From Armatimonadota bacterium (GTDB lineage: Bacteria; Armatimonadota; UBA10988), in the NCBI GenBank assembly GCA_016235455.1, contig JACRKZ010000069.1, positions 19,775 to 83,774 on the forward strand: a DNA stretch of 64,000 nt, written 5' to 3'. The position numbers and the translations under genes were made by a program. The first letter of the stretch is position 1. Each line of letters starts with the position of its first letter. The notes below the pieces were generated by a model. The model did no database searches and was not told the origin of the DNA. It saw nothing but the letters and a program-made list of their open reading frames with translations. This document shows positions 8,296-17,555 of the stretch, in pieces.

Positions 8296-9729
8296 ATGGC
8301 AACGACACGGCGAGACTTCATCGGTACCGGCGCGCTGGCCTCACTGGCCTTCTGGTCGGGTGGACGTGCCTCGGCTCAAGCGGCCGACGCCAAGGACAAG
8401 CTCAAGGTGGCCCACGTCGGTGTGGGCGGCAAGGGCGGCAGCGACACCATCGACCTGGCCAACGGCAACATCACCCTCGCGCTGTGCGACATCGACAAGG
8501 GCCGCCTGGCCTCAATGGCCAAGGAGCTCGAGGCGCGGGGTCAGAAGGACTTCAAGCTCTACACCGACTACCGCCGCATGTTCGACGAGGTCAAGGGCCT
8601 CGACGCCGTCACGGTCAGCACGCCCGACCATCACCACGCGCCGGCGGGCATGAGGGCCCTGGTGCGCGACATCGCGGTGTTCGTGCAGAAGCCGTTCGCC
8701 CACAGCATCTACGAGACGCGGCTGATGACCCTCACCGCGCGGCAGCGCAAGCTGGCCAGCCAGATGGGCAACCAGGGCACCTCGGCCGCGCGGCTGCGCG
8801 AAGCTGTCGAGGTCGTCCAGTCGGGCGCCATCGGCAAGGTGCATGAACTGCACGTCTGGACCAACCGGCCTATCTGGCCGCAAGGCATCGATCGGCCCGC
8901 CGGCGAAGACCCGATCCCCGACAGCATCGACTGGGAGTGCTGGATCGGACCAGCGCCCATGCGGCCGTACAAGGCCGGCGTCTACCACGACTTCAAGTGG
9001 CGCGGCTGGTTCGATTTCGGTACCGGCGCGCTCGGCGACATGGCCTGCCACACGCTGAACATGCCGTTCTGGGCGCTCGAACTCGGCTACCCGACCCGCT
9101 TCTGGCGCGAGGACAGCGGCGAACGCCATCTCGAGACCTTCCCCAAGTGGTCCGTGCTCAAGTATGAGTTCCCCGAGCGCCGCAGCCGGCACACGGGCGA
9201 GACGCTGCCGCCGGTCAGCATGACCTGGTATGACGGCGACGACGCCAACATGCACCAGCCGCCCAAGGACCTGTTCCCCAACGGCCAGGTGCCGCGCACG
9301 GGCGCGCTGCTCATCGGCGACAAGGGCGTCATGGTCTCCCCCGGCGACAGCGGCAACGAGTACACGCTCTTCCCCGAGGCCCAGTTCAAGGACTACGAGC
9401 CGCCCAAGCCGTGGATCGCGCGCTCGCCCGGCCACATGCGCGAGTTCGTTGACGCGGTCAAGGGCGGCCCGCCTGCAGCCAGCAACTTCGAGTACTCCGG
9501 ATTCCTCTCGGAGGTCGTGCTGGCCGGCTGTCTGTCCCTGCACTCGGACAAGAAGATCGAGTGGGACGGTCCGAACATGGTCGCCCGCAACGCGCCCGAG
9601 CTGGCTCACTACATCGACACGCCCTACCGGCCCGGCTGGGAGCTGGTCGGTCGCGAGTTGCTCGATAACCAGCTCGCCGCGGCTGCGACGACCATCGAGC
9701 GCACCATGTCGAGCTACACCATCCGGTAG
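8296..9729 (+). CDS. Tat-signal Gfo/Idh/MocA family oxidoreductase, paralog 3
   Basis: ATG at 8296 after GGAGGG (8279-8284). Leader MATTRRDFIGTGALASLAFWSGGRASA. Collinear with paralogs 1 and 2. Confidence 0.85.
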   Translation: MATTRRDFIGTGALASLAFWSGGRASAQAADAKDKLKVAHVGVGGKGGSDTIDLANGNITLALCDIDKGRLASMAKELEARGQKDFKLYTDYRRMFDEVKGLDAVTVSTPDHHHAPAGMRALVRDIAVFVQKPFAHSIYETRLMTLTARQRKLASQMGNQGTSAARLREAVEVVQSGAIGKVHELHVWTNRPIWPQGIDRPAGEDPIPDSIDWECWIGPAPMRPYKAGVYHDFKWRGWFDFGTGALGDMACHTLNMPFWALELGYPTRFWREDSGERHLETFPKWSVLKYEFPERRSRHTGETLPPVSMTWYDGDDANMHQPPKDLFPNGQVPRTGALLIGDKGVMVSPGDSGNEYTLFPEAQFKDYEPPKPWIARSPGHMREFVDAVKGGPPAASNFEYSGFLSEVVLAGCLSLHSDKKIEWDGPNMVARNAPELAHYIDTPYRPGWELVGRELLDNQLAAAATTIERTMSSYTIR

Positions 9730-9754
9730 GACGCGCTGGTTGACCGGCGAATAG

Positions 9755-9789
9755 CAGGCCTGGGCTGACGTTGCGTTGGCCCAGGCCTG
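9755..9789 (+). terminator. Hairpin after paralog 3 (11-bp stem)
   Basis: CAGGCCTGGGC (9755-9765) pairs with GCCCAGGCCTG (9779-9789), followed by TTGTGTT. Confidence 0.5.
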
Positions 9790-9809
9790 TTGTGTTGGGA
9801 GGGACGATC

Positions 9810-12800
9810 ATGCCCGAGCCAAGGTATCTGATGACGTTGCTGCTCGTCGTGACGTGCCTGCGCGCCGAGGTGCTGGATCTGTCGGGTACCTGGCGCTTCC
9901 GCCTCGACCCCGACCGCATCGGCATGGTCGAGGGCCTGCCCGACAGCATTCGGCTACCGGGCTCCACCGATGAGGCAGGCTTCGGTACGAAGAACCCCAA
10001 GACCGAGACCTTCGCCCACCTGCACCGCAAGTGGGAGTACGTCGGACCGGCCTGGTATGAGCGCGACATCGACGTACCTGCCCGCTTTCGCGGCAAGCGC
10101 GTCACGCTGTTCCTCGAACGCTGCCACTGGGAAACGCGTGCTTGGCTCGACGGACGGCCGCTGGGCATGCGCGACAGCCTGTGCACGCCGCATGTCTATG
10201 ACCTGGGCACGACGCTGGCGCCCGGGCGGCACCGGCTGGCCATTCGCGTCGACAACACCATCAAGTACAACGTCGGTGGCTGGGCGCACTCGATCACCGA
10301 CGAGACGCAGACCAACTGGAACGGCATCATCGGGCGGTTGGAGTTGCGCACCAGTGACCCGGTCTGGATCGCCGACGCGCAGGCCTATCCCGATGTGCTC
10401 GCGCGCGCGCTGCGGTTCACCATCACCGTGGGCAACGCCACCGGCAAGCCGGTCAGCGGCACGGTGGCGGACCGGGCCTTCACCTGCCCCGGTGAGTCGG
10501 TGACCGTGGAGACCAAGCAGCCGTTGCCCGTCGGCGTCAAGGTCTACGACGAGTTCAGCCGGGCGGCCGGCTCGGTCAAGGTGGACCTGGTGGCCGGCGC
10601 GTACCGCGACCAGCAGGTCGTGCCCTATGGGCTGCGGTTTGTCGAGGTCAAGGACAAACGGCTGATGCTCAACGATCGGCCGCACTTCCTGCGCGGCACG
10701 CTGGAGTGCTGCATCTTCCCGCGGACGGGCTACCCGGCGACCGACCTGGCCAGTTGGCGCCGCATCATGGCCGTTTGCCGCGACTATGGCCTCAACCACC
10801 TGCGCTTCCACAGTTGGTGCCCGCCCGAGGCGGCCTTTGCCGCGGCCGATGAGCAGGGCTTCCTGCTCCAGATCGAGCTACCCCAATGGGTGGGCAACTG
10901 CGGCAAGGAGCCACCGCGCGACGCCTTCATCAGCAATGAACTGCGCCGCATCCTGGACACTTACGGCAATCACCCGTCGTTCGGCATGTTGTGCATGGGC
11001 AACGAACTCGGCGGCGACGTCGACTTCCTCGACGGGCTGGTCAAGCTGGGCAAGGCGCTGGACCGGCGCCATCTCTACACCACGTCCACCGCCTGGTCAC
11101 ACGGGCCAAGTAACGACTACAACGTCAGCGTGGTGCGCGGCCTGCGCGGCGCCAAGACCGACCATGACTTCCGCGCCGAAGACGCCAAGGTCACTATACC
11201 CACCGTCAGCCACGAGATCGGCCAGTGGATGGTCTTCCCCAACTTGGCCGAGATCCCCAAGTACACCGGCGCGCTGGCGCCGCGCAACTTCGAGGCGGTA
11301 CGCGACCAGATGACCAAGAACGGCCTGCTGGACCAGGCCGACACCTTCGTCCAGGCCTCGGGCCGGCTCTCCGCGCTGCTCTACAAGGAGGAGATGGAGG
11401 TCCTGCTGCGCACGCCCGGTCACGGCGGTTTCCAGTTGCTCGATCTGCATGACTTCCCCGGCCAGTGGACGTCGCTGGTCGGCATCCTCGACGCCTTCTG
11501 GGACTCCAAGGGGGTCATTACCCCGGCCGCATGGCGCCGCTTCTGCTCGCCCAGCGTGCCGCTGCTGCGACTGCCCAAGCGCGTCTATGGCAACCAGGAC
11601 ACGTTGACCGCCGCCGCCGAGTTGGCCCACTTCGGCCCCAGCGACCTCAAGGCGGCCAAGGCCACCTGGCGCGCGGTGGACGATGCTGGCCGCGTGGTGG
11701 GCCAGGGCGCCTTCGAGCCGCACGATCTGCCCACCGGCCAGCTGTCGCCGCTGGGCACGATAATACTTGACCTCAAGCCAGTTAGTGAGCCGAGCAAGCT
11801 ACGCCTGGAGGTGGCGGTGCCGGAGGCCGGAGCGGTCAACGATTGGAACGTCTGGGTCTACCCCGCCGTGGAAGCCGACAAGCCCAGCGACGCGCTCCTG
11901 GCCACCACCTGGGAAGAGGCCAAGACCGGACTGGCGGCCGGCCGCAAGGTGCTGCTCATGGCCGGCGGCTGCCTGCGAGAGCCGGTCAGCACGCGCCTCG
12001 AAGTGCCGTTCTGGAATCCGCTGATGTTCAAGGGCCAGCCGCACACCTTCGGCCAGGTCATCGACCCGAAGCATCCAGCGCTGGCGCTGTTCCCCAGCGA
12101 GATGCACAACGACTGGCAGTGGTCCGACGTGCTCGCCGGCGCGCGGTCCATGGTCATCGACAGCCTGCCGCGCGAATGTCGGCCCATCATCGCCTCGATC
12201 GACTGCCTCGACAGCAACCGACGGCTGGCTAACGTGCTTGAGGCTAAGGTCGGCGAAGGCCGCCTCCTGGTTGTCAGCTACGATCTGCGGCGCAATCTGG
12301 ACCAGCGGCCGGCGGCGCGGGCGCTGCGCCGCAGCTTGCTGGCCTACATGGCGGGCCCGGCCTTCGCGCCGCGCGTGGCGCTGACGAACGCGCAGTTGGA
12401 AACCGTGTTTGGCCCCAACCTGCTGACCGTCGTGCCCGGCGCGCCGACCGAGGGCGTGCAGCTGAGCGTGCGCGCCGCGGTCAACAACCCGCAGAAGGCG
12501 GCCAACCTGGACTGGGAACCCAAGCTGGACAAGGTCGAGCGACGCGAGGCCGGGTTCGACTACAAGGTCATCCAGGGCGCCACCTGGCTCGATGACACCG
12601 GTTCGTCGTGGCACCACACCGACGAAGTGAAGCTGCAGGTGACCTGCCCCAAGGGTTTTGCCGGTCGGCTGTACCTGTTCCTGTGGGACTGGAACAGCCT
12701 CAACCGGGCCGCGGCGATCCGCTACGAGGGGCGAACGCTGGGCACGCTCGACGAGTATGATGGCGCGGGCAAGTGGGTCATGATGCCGGTCACGGCCGCC

Positions 12801-12902
12801 GACTCCGCCGATGGCGTGCTCGACATCGCGGCGCAGGCGCAGGCGGGCAACGTCATGGTGAGCGCTCTGTCGCTGTCAAGCGACACAGCGCCCGCCAAGT
12901 GA
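9810..12902 (+). CDS. Large secreted GH2-like glycoside hydrolase (sugar-binding jelly-roll plus TIM barrel)
   Basis: ATG at 9810 after GGGAGGG with a 6-nt spacer. Signal-like LMTLLLVVTCLRA. N-terminal LDLSGTWRFRLD...WYERDIDVP...VTLFLERCHWETRAWLDG pattern. TIM-barrel segment LRFHSWCPPE...MGNELGG. Confidence 0.65.
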   Translation: MPEPRYLMTLLLVVTCLRAEVLDLSGTWRFRLDPDRIGMVEGLPDSIRLPGSTDEAGFGTKNPKTETFAHLHRKWEYVGPAWYERDIDVPARFRGKRVTLFLERCHWETRAWLDGRPLGMRDSLCTPHVYDLGTTLAPGRHRLAIRVDNTIKYNVGGWAHSITDETQTNWNGIIGRLELRTSDPVWIADAQAYPDVLARALRFTITVGNATGKPVSGTVADRAFTCPGESVTVETKQPLPVGVKVYDEFSRAAGSVKVDLVAGAYRDQQVVPYGLRFVEVKDKRLMLNDRPHFLRGTLECCIFPRTGYPATDLASWRRIMAVCRDYGLNHLRFHSWCPPEAAFAAADEQGFLLQIELPQWVGNCGKEPPRDAFISNELRRILDTYGNHPSFGMLCMGNELGGDVDFLDGLVKLGKALDRRHLYTTSTAWSHGPSNDYNVSVVRGLRGAKTDHDFRAEDAKVTIPTVSHEIGQWMVFPNLAEIPKYTGALAPRNFEAVRDQMTKNGLLDQADTFVQASGRLSALLYKEEMEVLLRTPGHGGFQLLDLHDFPGQWTSLVGILDAFWDSKGVITPAAWRRFCSPSVPLLRLPKRVYGNQDTLTAAAELAHFGPSDLKAAKATWRAVDDAGRVVGQGAFEPHDLPTGQLSPLGTIILDLKPVSEPSKLRLEVAVPEAGAVNDWNVWVYPAVEADKPSDALLATTWEEAKTGLAAGRKVLLMAGGCLREPVSTRLEVPFWNPLMFKGQPHTFGQVIDPKHPALALFPSEMHNDWQWSDVLAGARSMVIDSLPRECRPIIASIDCLDSNRRLANVLEAKVGEGRLLVVSYDLRRNLDQRPAARALRRSLLAYMAGPAFAPRVALTNAQLETVFGPNLLTVVPGAPTEGVQLSVRAAVNNPQKAANLDWEPKLDKVERREAGFDYKVIQGATWLDDTGSSWHHTDEVKLQVTCPKGFAGRLYLFLWDWNSLNRAAAIRYEGRTLGTLDEYDGAGKWVMMPVTAADSADGVLDIAAQAQAGNVMVSALSLSSDTAPAK

Positions 12903-12903
12903 G

Positions 12904-14058
12904 GTGAGGATGAGCAGCTTGTTGGACCCCTGGCTGGCGCGCGCCGTGGAGCGCGCGGGCACTGACCTGCACCTCGACCCCCTGGCCGAGGGCGCTGTGG
13001 TGCGCCTGCGCATCGACGGCGCGCTGGGCGAGATCGCTCGGCTGTCGGCCGACGAGACCGCCGCCGCGGGCGCCGAACTGGCGCAGCGCCTGGGGCTGGC
13101 CGAGGGCGCGCTGCTGGGCGCTGGCCGGTTCCGTGTCGACCTTGGCGGGCGCAGCCTGGAGGTGCGCGGCAGTCTGGCGCCGACGCTGCATGGCCCGCGC
13201 TACTGCCTGCGCCTGGTGGACCGCGAGCAGGCGCTGGTGCCGTGGGACACGCTCTTCCATCGCCCGGCCAACAGCGCCGCCGCGCGCCGCCTGCTGCGCC
13301 GGCCGCACGGGCTGATCGTTGTCGCCGGGCCCGCCGGCTCGGGCAAGACGACGGTCGCCGCGCGGCTGCTGGACGAGTTGGCCGGCGTACGCCTCAATGC
13401 CATGAGCGTCGAAGACCCCATCGAGTTCGACCTGGACTGGGTGGCCCAGGCCTCGGTCGACCGCGACCGTGGCCTGACCCATCAGAGCCTGCTGCGCGCG
13501 GCGCTGGGCCAGGACCCGGACGTGCTGATGATCAGCGATCTGCCCGACGAGGAGACGGCACGGTTGGCGGTGGAGGCAACCACTTCGGGCCATCTGGTCA
13601 TCGTCTGCGTGCCGGCCAACGACGGCCTCTCGGCGTTGGCCTGGCTGCGCGAGATGGGCGTGCCGGCGTGGTCGCTGGGCGCGGCGTTCGTCGGCGCGGT
13701 GGGCGTGCGGCTGGTGCGGCGCGTCTGCCACGACTGCGCGGTGCAGGTGCCGCCCAAGTCGGCCAGCGCCATGATGGCGCTCGGCCTCGACGGCGAGCTG
13801 GATCTGGTGACCATGGGCGACGGCTGCGACTCGTGCGACGGCACGGGCTACCACGGGCGCGTGCCGCTGGTGGAACTGATCGAAGCCACCCAGGCGCTGA
13901 GCGACGCGGTCGGCCGCGATGCGCCGCGCGACGTGCTGGAAGAACTGGCCTTCAGCCCCAACCTGCCGCCATTCCGCCAGCAGGCGGCGGAACTGGTGAC
14001 CCGCGCGCTGACCACGCCCGAGGAGGCCTACCGGGCGCTGTACAGCGTGCTGGGGTAG
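12904..14058 (+). CDS. Short GspE/PilB-family secretion ATPase homolog with substituted catalytic motifs
   Basis: Walker A GPAGSGKTT, Asp box VEDPIEF and tetracysteine CHDC...CDSCDGTGYHGR are present. The Walker B region reads DPDVLMISDLPD (canonical DPDxxMVGEIRD). The His box reads VCVPAND (canonical STLHTND). It starts 1-7 nt after the GH2-like stop. Confidence 0.75.
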   Translation: MRMSSLLDPWLARAVERAGTDLHLDPLAEGAVVRLRIDGALGEIARLSADETAAAGAELAQRLGLAEGALLGAGRFRVDLGGRSLEVRGSLAPTLHGPRYCLRLVDREQALVPWDTLFHRPANSAAARRLLRRPHGLIVVAGPAGSGKTTVAARLLDELAGVRLNAMSVEDPIEFDLDWVAQASVDRDRGLTHQSLLRAALGQDPDVLMISDLPDEETARLAVEATTSGHLVIVCVPANDGLSALAWLREMGVPAWSLGAAFVGAVGVRLVRRVCHDCAVQVPPKSASAMMALGLDGELDLVTMGDGCDSCDGTGYHGRVPLVELIEATQALSDAVGRDAPRDVLEELAFSPNLPPFRQQAAELVTRALTTPEEAYRALYSVLG

Positions 14059-14065
14059 GGGCGTG

Positions 14066-17000
14066 TCAGCGCGTCACGCGCACCTCGGCCAACCACTTCC
14101 GCCGCAGGTACTCCTCGACGCCCAGTCGGTCGGCGTCGCTCAGCTTGGTATCGAAGGCGATGAACTCAGCCACCGATCCCTCCCACAGCGTGTGCGTGCG
14201 GCGAATGGCTCGGCTGGACGGCGTCGCCAGCTCGAACGTCACCTGGCGCCAGTCGAGCGGCGCCGGCGTGGCGTAGGGGTCCACGAGCTGGCCGTCGAGC
14301 CACGCGCGGCCGTCGCGGAAGGGCTTGTCCACCTGAGCCAACTCAGGCTTGCCGCGCAAGTCGCCCAGGTAGGCGTCCACACCCTCCCACGGCCCCGTGC
14401 CCAGCTTCGACAGGTCGTGATCGCGGTAGACCATGAACACGGTCTGGTAGCCGGCGATGCCGGCCTGCATGTCCTCCACCCAGATCCACTGCCAACTGGC
14501 GGTCTCGCGGCCGTTGAGCGAGTTGGGCTCGGCGATGACGAAGGCGCCGGGGGTGAACCCGCCGCTGGGCTTGGCGCGCCAGCCCAGCAGCGAGCTGCGC
14601 GGCCATTGCGGGCTGTCTTCCTTGCCGTCGCCATCGAAATCGGCCGCATCGAGCCAGCAAAGAAGCTTGCTGCCGGTCACCTTGTCTGGCGCCAATGGCG
14701 TCGTCGTCGGCAGCGGATCGGCCGCGATGCTCACGCCAACGCGGTTGAAGCTGACAGCGCCGCTCTCCTCGCGTTGCGCCGCCACCCAGTACTGGCCGGG
14801 CCGGGGCGGAACGAACGACGCGCCGACATGGATGGGGCGGCTGGCGTCTTCGTGACGCGCCGTGTAGCGCAAGTCGAAGTGTCCGCCATCGGGGCCGACG
14901 CCGTCCGCAATCAGCCGGCCGCGGTCGCAGGTGCCTTGCCACACCGCTTCACCCAGCAGGTCGTGCGAGCTGAGCCCGCGCTTGGTGCTGCCGCGCAGGG
15001 CCAGGCGAGCGCCCGGTGTGCCGTCGTGGTCGCAGTCGATCTTGAAGGTCACCGGCTTCTCGGTCCGGCCCTTGACGTAAGCGTCCAGCCGCACCCATGA
15101 GCCATGGTCGTTGTGCTCGCGGTTGCGCTCCTTGTCCACGTCCGATCCATTGGCCCAGAACCCGTCGACATTGGCGATGACGGCGCCCGTCGCTTCGACC
15201 ACTTGGCCGTCAGCCGTGGTGAACACGCCTTCGTAGACGCCGCGCGGCGCGCGTGCGATGTAGCCCGGGTAGTCGCGGTCGTACCACAAGTAGCGCCAGC
15301 CCGGCTGCGCATCGCCGATGCGCACGGCCTGGCCGGCCGCCTCGAAGCGCGGACGAGCCAGCGTGAAGGCCGGCTCGTCACGCACGGTGGCGCTCAGTTC
15401 CACCGCCGACTGGTTGGCATCCCTGACTACCACGTGGTATGCGCCCGGCGGCAGGAACATGCGCTCCGCGCCGGCCGGGGCGTCGGTCCAGGTGTAGCTG
15501 TAGGGCGCCCGCCCGCCGGCGACCCGCAGGTGGATCTCGCCGTTGTTCTCGCCGGTCGATGCGGCCAGATGGTCGATCTCGGCGGCCAGAGGTTCCGTCG
15601 GCCTGGCCAGCTTCAGCTCGCCGCGCTTCTCGGCGCCCGAAGCATGGCGCACCACGTAGCTGTATTCGCCATCGCGCAGGCCGCGCACCGACGGGCCGCT
15701 CGCCCCGCTTGACCAACGACAGGCAACCTGCTTGAGGTCGGCGCCGCCGATGCGCAGGTCCACCTGCCAGCGGCCGTCGGTGCAGGTGCTGCGCGCGTCC
15801 ACGGTCATCGTGGTGGGCCGCTCCAACGTCCATGCTGCGCTGGCCGAGCGGCACTCGCTATCGACAACGACGAGCGTACCCCGACCGGCGTCGAGTCCCG
15901 TGGCCGTGGCCTTGTCGCCACCGCATGACCAGGTGTAGGTGTATGGCGGCACGCCGCCGCGAACCTGTGCCGTCAACCGGCCATCGTTCACACCCAGCAC
16001 GCTCAGGTTCCGCGTCTGCACTGCGACGGTCAGGGGCGCCGCGGCCGAAGTCGGCTTGGGGTTGGTGATGCGCCAGCGCCGTTCGGCGCGCGGGTACCGC
16101 GAGAACGGCGGGTCTTCGCGTACGTACGGCGACCGGTCAATCAGCGAGTACACGAGCTCATACTCGGCCAGGGCGCCCAGATCCACGTCGATCTCGTCGC
16201 GGCCTTGGGCGATGACCTTGCCGTTGAGACGCCATTCGGTCTGCTGAGTGTCAGGCACCGGGTGGACGCGCGCCACACCAAAGCGCGCCTTGCCGGGCGT
16301 GGCCAGCACCAGGTCCGCACGCGAGGGCACCGCGCTATCGATGGGGTCCACATAGTCGTAGTGGCTGAGCACCGCCTGCTGCGTGCACAAAGCGCAGAGC
16401 GTGTCGCCGAACTGGTTGACGCCCATGGAGCAGACCGGCGTCGTGCGGAAGATGCCCGACGGTCGGTGGACGCCGCCCTCGAACAGGCCGGTCTTGCGCA
16501 GATTCTCGCGGTTGTACGGCGTGGGCACGGGTGTGGTCGGCGCGATCCAGGCCTTCCACGGCACGCGGTCGCGCTGCCAGAACAGCGTCGTGTTGCTGGA
16601 CTCGTCGGCCCTGCCCCACATGCCCCAACCGATGTACTTGTCGCCCAGTTTCATGGCGGTGTGGCTGAACTCGTGGAAGAACGGCGGGATGTTGTTGCCC
16701 TCGATGAGGGCATCACCGACTCGCTGGTCGAGCAGCAGTCCCGCGCCGCCGCCACCGCCGCGCGAGTTGACCCAGGCCAGGTGCGTCACCCAGCCGCGAC
16801 CGTCGCGCCGCCAGGGCAGGAAGAGCCGGTCTCGCACCAACTCGTTGTAGACCGCCCAATGGCAGGCCGACTGGCCCTTATCATAGGCAGGCGGATCCCA
16901 GGGCGGCGTGCTGGGCCACCACAGGGCGTAGACGTTGTAGAACGGCTTGTAGTTGGCGAACGGGCGCTGCGTCTTGTCGCCGTCGAGGGCGAAGGCCGGG

Positions 17001-17530
17001 TCGATGCAGTCGTGCACATCCTTGAGGAACGTCTCGCGCATCGCCGGCTTGTTGTACGGGTTCGTCTCGTCCTTGCGCCAGCGGTTGATGATCACGATGT
17101 TGATGCGGTTGTCTTTGTCGCCGCTGATCTGGATGGGGATCAGCTCGGCTTCGCCGGCGACGATGCCGTCGAAGCGGTTGGCCGGCGGCGTGTGTGCGCT
17201 GACCGGCGCCGACGGCGCGCGCAGGGCAACGCGGCTCGTTTTGTCGCGCACATGGGCCACGAACGTGTAGTCCGTGCTCGGCTTGAGGCCCGCGCAGCGG
17301 TAGTCGGGCGATGCTTGCCAGCCGCTTTCCGCGGCTCCGCCGGCGGTACAGACGAAGTTGTACTCCGCCGCGTCGCCGAGTGCCTGGGCCGACATGACCA
17401 CGGCAGTGCTCAGCGGGGCACGCGGCGGCGCGGCCCAGGCCAACGGGTCTGCACCGACGAACGTGGCATCGGCCGCGGCCAGTGTGCAGGACAGAAGGAG
17501 TACGGCACTACCCAGCGCAAGGTGCGTCAT
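14066..17530 (-). CDS. Secreted M64-like zinc metallopeptidase with SprB-type repeats and a LamG-like C-terminal domain
   Basis: ATG at 17530 after GGGAG. Signal peptide MTHLALGSAVLLLSCTLAAADA. M64-like features NIVIINRW...SRGGGGGAG...HEFSH. Repeats GGVPPYTYTWS and GGRAPYSYTWT. C-terminal lectin-like region. Confidence 0.6.
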   Translation of the reverse strand: MTHLALGSAVLLLSCTLAAADATFVGADPLAWAAPPRAPLSTAVVMSAQALGDAAEYNFVCTAGGAAESGWQASPDYRCAGLKPSTDYTFVAHVRDKTSRVALRAPSAPVSAHTPPANRFDGIVAGEAELIPIQISGDKDNRINIVIINRWRKDETNPYNKPAMRETFLKDVHDCIDPAFALDGDKTQRPFANYKPFYNVYALWWPSTPPWDPPAYDKGQSACHWAVYNELVRDRLFLPWRRDGRGWVTHLAWVNSRGGGGGAGLLLDQRVGDALIEGNNIPPFFHEFSHTAMKLGDKYIGWGMWGRADESSNTTLFWQRDRVPWKAWIAPTTPVPTPYNRENLRKTGLFEGGVHRPSGIFRTTPVCSMGVNQFGDTLCALCTQQAVLSHYDYVDPIDSAVPSRADLVLATPGKARFGVARVHPVPDTQQTEWRLNGKVIAQGRDEIDVDLGALAEYELVYSLIDRSPYVREDPPFSRYPRAERRWRITNPKPTSAAAPLTVAVQTRNLSVLGVNDGRLTAQVRGGVPPYTYTWSCGGDKATATGLDAGRGTLVVVDSECRSASAAWTLERPTTMTVDARSTCTDGRWQVDLRIGGADLKQVACRWSSGASGPSVRGLRDGEYSYVVRHASGAEKRGELKLARPTEPLAAEIDHLAASTGENNGEIHLRVAGGRAPYSYTWTDAPAGAERMFLPPGAYHVVVRDANQSAVELSATVRDEPAFTLARPRFEAAGQAVRIGDAQPGWRYLWYDRDYPGYIARAPRGVYEGVFTTADGQVVEATGAVIANVDGFWANGSDVDKERNREHNDHGSWVRLDAYVKGRTEKPVTFKIDCDHDGTPGARLALRGSTKRGLSSHDLLGEAVWQGTCDRGRLIADGVGPDGGHFDLRYTARHEDASRPIHVGASFVPPRPGQYWVAAQREESGAVSFNRVGVSIAADPLPTTTPLAPDKVTGSKLLCWLDAADFDGDGKEDSPQWPRSSLLGWRAKPSGGFTPGAFVIAEPNSLNGRETASWQWIWVEDMQAGIAGYQTVFMVYRDHDLSKLGTGPWEGVDAYLGDLRGKPELAQVDKPFRDGRAWLDGQLVDPYATPAPLDWRQVTFELATPSSRAIRRTHTLWEGSVAEFIAFDTKLSDADRLGVEEYLRRKWLAEVRVTR

Positions 17531-17555
17531 TCTGTCGCTCCCAGGGGCGACTTCG

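Noticed and set aside
6540-8321. 593-aa ORF on the minus strand across Gfo/Idh/MocA paralogs 1-2. The similar 5288..6535 and 8512..9609 minus-strand ORFs fall in the same class.
   Set aside because: It is antisense to genes with clear family motifs, Tat leaders and RBSs. The translation is Arg/Gly/Ala/Val-rich with no recognisable motif, as expected for a stop-poor shadow frame in GC-rich DNA.
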